Origin: Chlorokybus atmophyticus
Lineage: Eukaryota; Plantae; Mesostigma and Chlorokybus algae
Direction: 5' to 3'
NCBI GenBank assembly: GCA_009103225.1
Contig: RHPI01001921.1
Span: forward strand, 1-49,687
Length of the DNA: 49,687 bases
The notes beneath the pieces are model-generated. The model saw only the letters and a program-made list of their open reading frames with translations. It was not told where the DNA came from and searched no databases. A program made the translations under genes and the position numbers. Shown here one piece after another: positions 37,555 through 46,957 of the stretch (the stretch's first letter is position 1; each line of letters starts with the position of its first letter).

Positions 37555-37978
37555 TGTTGAGAGTATTCCTACATACGATCAGCATCGACCCTCCACACAG
37601 GAGTAGAAGGTCGTAAGGACGAGCACTAGGTCCGGACTTAGCAAGATGGCATCGTCGGACCAGACTCCGGACTCCAGACTGGAGCCTTACTAACTGCTTT
37701 GTATCTCCGCGTATACTTACTCATATTAGGCGTGTGAGAGCTTGTTGGAAAGCTCTGGTTGTAAGGAAGACAATGCAGCTTAGAGCGCGTCAAACGGCTG
37801 AGTATAGCTTACGCAGTGCTTGCAAACGTAGACGTGTGTGTAACTGGCTGGTATAAGAACCAGCGGACAACTTGTAATAGATGAATGTGATGTGACTTGT
37901 GTATGCTCTGGTGGCGGTAGCTCTGTCCGTGTGTATCCATGCTTGCCTCAGCTACATGTGCATGCTAGTCCTTCAACA
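37555..37978 (+). repeat. 3' LTR (424 bp)
   Basis: Matches the 5' LTR; preceded by a short purine-rich GTGGGAG. Confidence 0.97.
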
Positions 37979-38403
37979 CAGGTGCTGCTGAGGGTCAATA
38001 TGTCAGCGGTAATGAACCTGCTGGAGGTGATGAACCTGCTGGAGGTGATCATCATGAACCTGCTGTTGGTGATCATCATGGAGACGGCAGTGGTGATGAA
38101 CCCAGCGATCATGAAAGCAGCGATGATGACAGCAACGGTGACAGTGACAACGATGCTCGTAAGAAGTTGGAAGACGGTATCGCTGCTGCACGTTCAGGAG
38201 TCGCCAATGCTAGCAACATAGCCAAGTTGGTTGAAGGCTTTGTCCAGAACTTTCAACAGCAAGTGCCCCAACTTCAGGTAACCCTTGGCCAAAGTCAGCA
38301 TTAGTCAGTCTATGGCTACTTGTGCGTCACAGGCCGCATTGTCCATTTCGGTCAATGACCCCGCTGTTTCGTGTTTGTGCTCTAACTTGGTGTTTCGATG
38401 CAG

Positions 38404-40707
38404 CAACACCTAGAAGAGGCGTCTACAAGCACCCAGGCCGTTGCATCCGCCAGCACTGATGTCAAACGCATCCATGCAGCGGAGTTATCAACCGCTGTTG
38501 AAGCAGCAGCCAAGGCTAGCCAACAGCATGCAGAGTTGCTGCAACAGGAGAAGAAGGCCAGAGAGGAGGCCGGGGGGCGCATATAGAAGCTTGAGGTGGC
38601 AAAGCAGGAGAAGGAAAGAGAGGAGGCCGTGGGGCGCATACCACAGTTGCAGGCCGCTCTCGATGCAGCCAATGCTGAGCGACAAAGGCTGCAACAACAG
38701 GATCAGGCCAGAGCGCAAGACCGCCAGCGCGTACAACAGCTACAACAAACTTTGCAAGAGCTGGGAGAAATCAATGCTCGGCGTTCAGAGCTGGCGAGGG
38801 AAGAAGATGAACGTCTGTGCGGTGAACGCCCTGCCTTGAAAGAGCACCTCACCCGCTGCAAGCGCATTGAAGATGACGTCAAGGCCGCCTTTAACGGGAT
38901 CAGCGAGTTGGATGAAGAGTTGGTGCTGGCTTTGCAGCGTGAGGATGCAGCGCAAGAGTTGGTTGCCATCACTGATGACAGGGACCGCCTACGACAGCAG
39001 TTGGCGACAGCCGAGGAGGCCAGGAAAAAGCATCAGAACCTTCTTGACCAGCTTCAGCAGCAGCCCTCCGCGCAAGCACAAAAGCTCCAAGCAGAGGTTG
39101 ACGCCCTTAATGCAAGACTTCAGCGTCAGCAGTCACACCAAGACTCCATTCGGAAGCAGCAGGAAGACACGCTTCAGCACCAGTTGAGGTGGACCAATGC
39201 GGAGAGGCAACGCTTGGAAACAGAGAATGTGAGCCTACGGCAGGCGAGGAGCAGCTTTAAAGGATCAGCAGCAGCACGCTTGGAGGAGATCCAGAGCCTG
39301 CAAGAGCGCCTGCGCAAAGCCAAGGAGGCCTCGCAACAAGCGCGTGACGCTGCGCGCAAAGCCGAGGAGGCCTCTCAACTCCAAATCCAGCTTCAGCAAA
39401 TGGCCTCCCTCCAGCGGCAGGCGCGTGAGGAGGCGGACCGCCGACAAAAGGAAAATGCAGAACTGAGTGAGCGCCTGCGCCAAGCTGAGGAGGTCAGGAA
39501 GAAGCAGCAGGAGAGCGGCGGCCAGCAGCAGCAGGAGGCGTCCACTCAGCAGAAGGCGCTTGAGGAGGCGGACCGTCTACGACAAGACAATGCAAGCCTG
39601 ACTGAGCGGCTGCGCCAAAGCGAGGAGGCCAAGAACAAGCTGGAGGAGAGCAGCGGCCAGCAGCAGCAGCAGGAGTCCTCCGCTCAGCAGGTGCGTGAAG
39701 AGGCGGACCGCCTACGAGAGGAGAATTTGCAACTGAGTGAGCGCCTGCGCTCAACCGAGGAGGCCAGGAAGAAGCTGCAGGCGAGCAGCCTACGGCAGGA
39801 CAATGAGAGCCTGCGCGAGCGCCTGCGCACAGGCGAGGAGGCCAGGAGGAAGCTCCGTGCAGCAGTGCAGTCTCTCAATGAAAAACTCGGGAAGGCCTCT
39901 CAACAGGCGCAAGAGGCTGGGCGCAAGCTGCAAACAGAGGTTGAATCTTTGACTGCTGAGAAGAACCGCCTCGAAGCAAGAGTGGAGTCTCTCAACAAAC
40001 AACTCCAGCGGCTGGCCTCTCAAACGCAAGAGACTGGGGGCAAGCTGCAAGCAGAGGCAAGCAGGCAAGCAGACGCCCTGAATGCGGAGGTGAAACGCCT
40101 GCGTCAGGAAAATGCCAAACTCCAGAAGTCCAATAAGAAGCTTATCAAAGACGGCAAGCGACCAGCCACCATGGACGACCCGAAAATCCTAAAGGCGCAG
40201 GCGGACCTGGCAGAATCGGAAGAAAACGTTGCTCAAGCCATGCAGCGTGTCAGTCATACAGAGAAGCTGCTCGAAGATACCCAGCAGAGGCTCGAGGAAA
40301 CGCTTCAGATGCTGCAGACTGTAATGCCAGGTGGTGGAGCTGCTGACATTCCTTCCACGTCCGCACTACCGCCAGAAGCTGAACTGCAAGAGAAAGTCAT
40401 TGAACAGCAAAGGGAGAATAATCAACTTGATAGGCGGGTCACGAACTTAGAAGATGACCTGGAGCTCGTTGAAAAACAAATTCGCATGGAAGGCGTGCTG
40501 GTTGATGAGTGGATGCGGGTTGTAATGGAGGACTTCCTGGCTAAAAGTCCTGGCGCGCGGGCACGTTCGTTGCGCGAAGGAGGAGCACAGACTACCCAGC
40601 GCATACAGCAGTACTTGCAAGGTTGGCAACAGCTGATGGCTCCAGAGCTTGCGGTCTGCATACAAGCTCGCAATGCCTGGGCGCAGAGGAACAATCAAGC
40701 GACATGA
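38404..40707 (+). CDS. Long Gln/Glu-rich coiled-coil exon with internal repeats of about 43 aa (part of the SET gene)
   Basis: 703-aa ORF plus the in-frame upstream segment. The unit EEADRLRx(D/E)NxxL(S/T)ERLRxxEExxxK occurs 3-4 times. Confidence 0.75.
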
Positions 40708-41279
40708 GACACTTGGGACAGTGATCCTGCTGCACTGTGTGTTTTGATCAGAAACACAGCGCACCATTACCTCCGTGACATCAATCAACGGCGAGCGGAG
40801 AATGGGCTCCCTTTGTACGCCAACACTTTGGAGGCGTTTGGTGCTCTGCAGCCGGGCCTCACTCACTTTTTACTTCTGCTTGATCAGAACATGGCGAACA
40901 GATCATATACACACCTCACTGCGGCACAACGGGAAGTTATGCACCTGGGCCCACACTACACCAAAGCCGTTTATCATAACCTGATCGGCTACTACTTGAG
41001 CAGACACTCACCACCACCACCGCCACCACCACCACCCTAGTATGGCCTATAGACTGAGTCAGTAGCACCCAGGTACCTACTTCAGGTTGCTTATAGTCCA
41101 GCTGCAGGCTGGGCTTACTGGCATCCATTCAGTGTACATAGCCTGCAGAACAGATGTGCATAAGTGTATACAGTAATATATTGCCATTACATGTTCATTG
41201 CTTGCCCTGCTTGCTCGGCCATCACACATGCAGTCGCATGCACACGCGCACAGTGCACATAGTTGTCTGCAAGGCGCAG

Positions 41280-44200
41280 TTATCCGAACTGGTCTATGAT
41301 ACAGACACACGCACTCACAAACACGTGAATGCAAGTGCAAACACACTCACTTGCTGCCTGCTGTCCTGGCTTCCAATACATGCGATGTTGGTTGAATTTC
41401 ATTCGCCGTCCATCATTTCTACCCCTCTCAGTCCACGCAAAGCTGCTTCTGCTGCTTCCTTGCCTTGGCCAGTCGAGCTTTGTTTTGGCTGAGAAAGGGT
41501 CCTCCACCTGGTCGCTCGCAGATGTGTTAACCACCTAGACGCCTAGCCTCCTCCCCCCTGCTTTCTTCAGGTAGTCGACTACCATATGACCGTCGGACCG
41601 CACCTCTTTGACCACAACAACCCAAGGGGGTGGGTCAGCAGGATCTTCATCTGGGGGCTCATGCGGAAGTCTGAAGTCGAAAATGGACTTGCTGTTGTGC
41701 CGCATCTCCAGGACATCGCCCTTTTCTGGCCACACCGGCAAGGGGATGTCGGCTGCAGTGACTCTCAACTCTGTGCTGTCATAGTCGTACGCCAATTGAT
41801 GATTTGCTACATCACGGTTGAGCAACACCCAGAGCTTGCGTTGCAACTGGTCTCCACCAATGAGCGTAAACTCATCTGCCAAACGCCCAATGCACTGTGC
41901 ACCAGTGTCTAGGTCAATCAGGTCATTGCCCATGGCATCACGCTTCTTGGTATAAGGCCGCACTTGCACATGGACAGTGGATTTCCGCCAATTAAACAGG
42001 TAGATCTCATCCACCCGGCATGGTGCGACAGTTGGGTCCGCCATCTTCACGTTATCAACGCCTCTGCGTCTGCAAATATTAAAGGCTTTACTCACGCACT
42101 TTATATCAAGAGATGACAGTAGACACTGCCCATGAGACACCTGACAGTGCCTATGAGACTTTAGGTCAGAGCAATAGATTACATAATTTGTAGACTAAAC
42201 CACACCTGTAGATGACCCCGTTACGCAGATATGCGCAGGACTTGCGTATGCCTCCGGGCAAGTTGCCAGTGATGTTCTCAACGCGCTTGATTTCCAAGGC
42301 CAAGGGTCCCTGAAGAGGGACAGGCTTCCTGGTGCTGCCAATAAGGATGCCCTTTTCTCTGATCAGTCGCGCATGCTCCAAGTCTGGGAATTTCTCAGCG
42401 AGGGTCCAGAGCTCCATGGCGTGCTTCTGAGTGCGCACTTCGTAATGACAGTCACTACATGCTCCACTCAGAGGCTGGTAAACCTGCTGAGAGTGCGCCA
42501 CTATATCATTAGCTCGGTGGCACAACAGCTTTCCAGTCCTCTGATCTTCTCGCATGACGTTGAGCGTCCTCAGAAACCATCTCCTTTGTGTACGCCGCAT
42601 GTAGCTGATCTCAAACTGCTTCCCATTGGTGAAGGTGTTGACATAGTTGGACACAGTGCGCTCTTGCACAACACACCAGTACACATCATGACTCCCGTGC
42701 CAGATGATGTCCTCCAGAATGTGACCGGCACCGGCCACATGCTCGTTGGGCCTTTTGTTGGTGCCAAACAGGTCCTTCGAGTAGACCCTCCATTATTTCA
42801 AGAGCGTCAGCAAGTTCCTACAGCTCCGCAGTCCAGCCATGTAGGCGAGAGTTGTGGAAGAAGATGCGGATGAGCAAGTGAAGCGCAAAGCTGACGCCTC
42901 TGGTTGCTTCGTCTACCAGATCGGACACAGTGTATGGCACAGCATACTGCACGAACATCTGCAAGTCCTGGGCCTTGAACTAAGCCAGGTGCTTGCTGAT
43001 GCCTCTTGGGAAACGTTTGCTCTTCAAGTCCATGGGGCTTGATATGCGCATCTGAGACAGCCTGCGCTCCACCTTGGCAATGTCTTCGACATGCTTTGAA
43101 CTGTCTGCACCCAGCGTACTGTGCACGAAACTCTTGCAAAGCCCCTCCAGCAACAGGTGCATCGTGTCATAGACAAAGTCACGGCAAGGGTTAAACTCAT
43201 GCAGATGCCACAACCGCCAGAGTGGAGATTTCCCTGTGATGCCGCACTCCATTGATTTTTCTTTCTGGTTTTGGCCATCGAGTGAGTCCACCATGCACGC
43301 GCTATCGAACGCATCCTTTGCTGCTCTCTCTGCTGGGGGATGGCGGCAGTAGTAGCGATTGTCACCATAAAAATGGTCTGTACGTGTCCTCGTAGTATCT
43401 TCACCCTGCTCAGCACGCCGGGGCACTTGGTGCTGAGTGGCTTTGAGGAGACAACGCCGGCAGGGGACGAGGCCTCCATTCTTAAACTGGCCTATCTCAC
43501 ATTGCGCTGGCTGGTCACCCGTCCAAGCCCACAGCACTACCCGCAGCGTTATCTCTTGACCTGCAATGAAGTCAACATCAGTATCTCACAACCAGTCTGA
43601 TAGACTGTTATAGGCCGCACTGGGCAGTGCAGCCTATGACAGTCTCATAGACCGCAAGAAGGCAGATATGCTATAACCAAGTCGCAGCCACTGAACAGTG
43701 GCTATGAGACTTTAGCACACACAAAAATGGACTGCATAAGTTGTAGACTCTGGATAGTGCCTATGAGACTTTGGGTGATATAGGTGACAAAACATGTTAT
43801 AACCCAGTCATTACCTGGTTGTCGATCAAGCACGCGGCTGTCGATATGATTGGAATCGAGGCCATAACGAACAGTGAAGCCGTTCGAGTAGAGGTTCTCC
43901 AGGTCACGCACCAGTGGTTCCAGAAAGGGCTTCAGACTGTCCACACCGTTTGGGAGCTGATCAGTGGGAACAAAGAGCAAAGGCATGACGGAAGACTCTT
44001 GTGAGGAAATGCGCTTCCTGCCATTGAGCACAGAGGCACTGACAACGGTGCAGCTCTGCTTCACAGTGGTTGTTGAGCTGAAGCCGTCGGCGTGGATTAG
44101 CAGGGCTATGTTGCGAGGGTCGCCAAGAGCTTGCTGTACCATCTGATGGTTGTTTTTGTGGCACCCTGAGCATTTAAATGTTACGTGATCGCCTGCGTTG

Positions 44201-45381
44201 TGATGCTCCAAATCGACATCCGGGATGTGGTGGCAGAATGCGCAGGACACAGGCAGCTTATTTTTGTGGCGAGGGTCCCAGAAGCTGCAGTGATGCTGCT
44301 TCTTCGCACCATGCCAGTACTCAGTGTTTGCAGCAGGTAGTTGTTCCACAGGGACGTGCAACCACTCATCTTTGTGGCGCCATTCCTCAAGATAGTCGTG
44401 AGCGATTGAAGGGACAGCTAACTTGGCGCTGAGCCAGGCACCTATACGATTGTACAAGAAGTCGCAACATTCTTTGCGAACCCTGCCGCATCCCCCTCCG
44501 CACGGTGTGTTGCGAAGGCGATCAATCATTTTTTGCTTGGTCTCGCCCGTGTCCGAGTCCTCGTCATCTTCATTGAGTGTGGGATAAGGTGCATCAAACA
44601 AGTACTTGCATGTGGGACAGGCGGTCAGGCGCTGAGGAACAGGCATGCCGAGCGCGGCCAACAATTTATCCACGGCGGCAATGTCTGTTGGCAGCTCATC
44701 CGCGACAGGGCTGTGCGATATTGTGTCGCCTGAGGCTGGCGATGTCATCCCGCAACTGCTCCTGTTCAAAAGGAACCTCCAAGGCCAGCTTGACCACAGA
44801 ATTTATCTGGCCAAAGATGAGCTTCATAATCTCGTTGACGAGAGCAACCTGGACACCAGAATCTTCCAGGGCTGTCACAATCTTTAGGTAGATATCCAGC
44901 CACTTCTTCGTAGCAGACTCCGATGGTGGTTGGCTGGGCTCGAGAGGTTGACTATGGGGAATAGGTGGTGCCCACCTGCTTGCGGCTGCCAGGTCAAGTG
45001 CACGGTGCACCCTTGCAACTGCTTCGTCCACCATTTATGATGACAGATCTTGGTTAGCACGCCAGCGATCAACACCAATCCACATCACCACGCTATCAAG
45101 AACCACAAGCAAGACACACGCGTGCATGGCTGTGTCATAGACCAGACTGGCACTGTCCAGTGCCTATGAGTCCTTAGGTCTCAGCAAAGGAATGCATAAG
45201 TCGTAGACACCGGACAGTGCCTATGAGACTTTAGGTCAGAGCAATGGAGTGCATGACTCGTAGACACTGGACAGTGTCTATGAGACTTTCGGTTAGAGCA
45301 ATAGATGCATAACTCATAGACCGCACTGCTTACCATGCCGCGGCATCCACTGAAACTGCAGTTGCAGATAACCTGACGATT

Positions 45382-45415
<34 letters not shown>

Positions 45416-45944
45416 CTCTCCACATGATCAGATGACTCGTCGGCGAATGAGCCACCTCCAGCTTCAGCAGCCGGTAACAGAGGGGAATGCGAAGTGGATG
45501 GCTGGCCAGCGGTTGTAGGGGGGTGAGCAGCAGGCTGAGTTGCTGAAGCTGGCCTGCAGGGAGTCATATTAGGCGCTTAACAACTTCTGTCATAGAATCT
45601 GTGCTGGCTGTGTCGCAATGAGGCTTGAAAGCTAGCTAGTGGGGGCAAGGATGTTATCTGAGTGAGGGGTCTGCCTGCCCATCCACCTCCATGGGGGACG
45701 CGTTGTCACCAGCGAGGCCGCTGTCAGCCAAAAGTTGGGACACCTCAGCTTCTCTGCGGGCAAGAGCTTGCTCTCTTTTACTCAACTCCAAGTCCTTCTG
45801 ACGTAGGAGACCTTGCGTTGCGTTGACAACCAACTTGGAACGCTGCTTCCGCTTGTGCAAAGCTGCAAGGTTGACTGCAGGTAGCTTGAATGCGATAGAC
45901 TGGTGGAGTCTTTTAGCAATATCAGCTGCTTTTCGGTCCGCCAT
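41280..45944 (-). pseudogene. CACTA/En-Spm Tnp2-family (TnpD-like) DDE transposase, multi-exon, disabled
   Basis: DPRNIALLIHADGF, FLEPLVRDLENLY, TGDQPA, CRRC, YDTMHLLLEG, FKAQDLQMF, RPNEH...HILEDIIWHGSHDVYWCVVQER. In-frame TAGs at 42980, 42818 and 41535. Frameshifts near 44715 and 42800. Confidence 0.88.
45150..45325. repeat. 57-bp intronic repeat x3, with related copies in two other introns of the transposase
   Basis: cagtgcctatgagactttaggtcagagcaa-like cores at 45158, 45215 and 45272; also at 43696/43755 and 42145. Confidence 0.9.
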
Positions 45945-46299
45945 GCTGGGTGCATGCGTAGTACCCACGAAACCAGCTGTTCCAAAGGTTTTCGCCACCG
46001 CCGCCGCCGCCGCCGAGACTGCAGCGCAAGCCCAAAACCCTAGCAAATGGACAGAGGACCATGCATGCCCAGTGCCTGCTACTCGTTTAGCATTGGCGCA
46101 CGTGACCTTGGGAGCAACGAGCCAGGTGAGATGTGTCGTATGCTTCCGACGTCATTCTTCACCGTTGATATCATAGTATATCAACGATCTAAAACAGCTG
46201 TTGAGTTGTTGAGTGCTGTTTCGGTTTCGGAACCATGCATGGTCTATGAGGGCCGCTTGCAACCGTACCAGTGCAGCTTGGTCCCGCTTGTGAGGACAT

Positions 46300-46599
46300 A
46301 ATTGGTCCGTACAGTACATGCGTTCTGTACCAGTGCTGCCCTGGCTCATAGGCCGCAGGGCATGCGACCAGCCTTGGTCCTACTGCTCAGGCCGCGTGCT
46401 GACCAGTGCTGTACCGGTCTACAAGCCGCGGGACACGCCACCAGCCCTGGTCCGGTCATTCGGACCATATCAGCGGGCTCCGGGGCCGGACCACCGGTGG
46501 TCCGATCATGCCGGACCAGTCGCGGCACTGGTACGCTACAACGTACCAGACGTGGTCTACGGGCTGCGTACGACTGGTCCGCGCGTAAAAAGCCCTGTG
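46300..46599. promoter_or_regulatory. GGACC/GGTCC- and GTAC-dense, CpG-rich field upstream of the transposase (promoter or subterminal repeats)
   Basis: Many tggtcc/ggacca motifs in both orientations and about 7 GTAC cores. The field ends in CCCTGTG at 46593-46599 (CACAGGG on the minus strand). Confidence 0.5.
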
Positions 46600-46957
46600 C
46601 AATCCCTAGAGGTCTGTTTAGACCGCATTCTCCGCGTTTGCTCCCACTTATTGCAAACTTTCGTCACCCACCTCGAGGCATGCCGCATGCGGTGATGCAG
46701 CGCGTCTTGGGCGTACTGTAGGGTGATCAACTCCTTTGCACTACGAGTCAGCCCCTCAAAGCGTCTGCGCGTCGGTGCTTTGAGCTTAGGCAGCTCGTGC
46801 CGCACCGGTTGTCTCTCTGGACGATGCTGAGCAACCACTTGACGCTGTAAACCCGCCTGTGCCTACTCAGGACACACAGTCAGCCCCAGTGAGGCTTGAA
46901 GGCGCTGTGCTTCTCCTAATGTTGTAACGATGCCTCACCTTTCCTTTTTTGGTCCTG

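Larger units (their letters stand above)
33074..37978 (+). mobile_element. Full-length Ty1/copia LTR retrotransposon, 4905 bp
   Basis: TGTTGAGAG...CTTCAACA LTRs at both ends, 5-bp target duplication CAGGT (33069-33073 and 37979-37983), single gag-pol ORF. Confidence 0.98.
30127..41040 (+). pseudogene. Large transposon-borne SET-domain, acidic and long coiled-coil gene, interrupted by the copia element
   Basis: Chain of GT-AG exons from about 30127. SET exon at 31605-32145. The exon frame GGTSG continues AAEGQYV across the copia insertion to a donor at 38278. The next exon starts at 38404 and is in frame with ORF 38596-40707 apart from one TAG at 38584. A probable last exon ends at 41040. Confidence 0.7.

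Noticed and set aside
18164-42982. TAG reassigned to Gln (non-standard genetic code)
   Set aside because: The 1,295-codon copia frame, the Gln-rich 703-aa ORF and the host exons contain no in-frame TAG, the GSDH gene appears to end in TAG, and the same genes also carry frameshifts. Deamination explains the pattern better.
17861-46599. Specific CACTA termini (CACTA near 17860 and 18510, TAGTG at 22506, CACAGGG ending 46599)
   Set aside because: No matching inverted partner or target duplication could be found by eye, and short words like these occur by chance.
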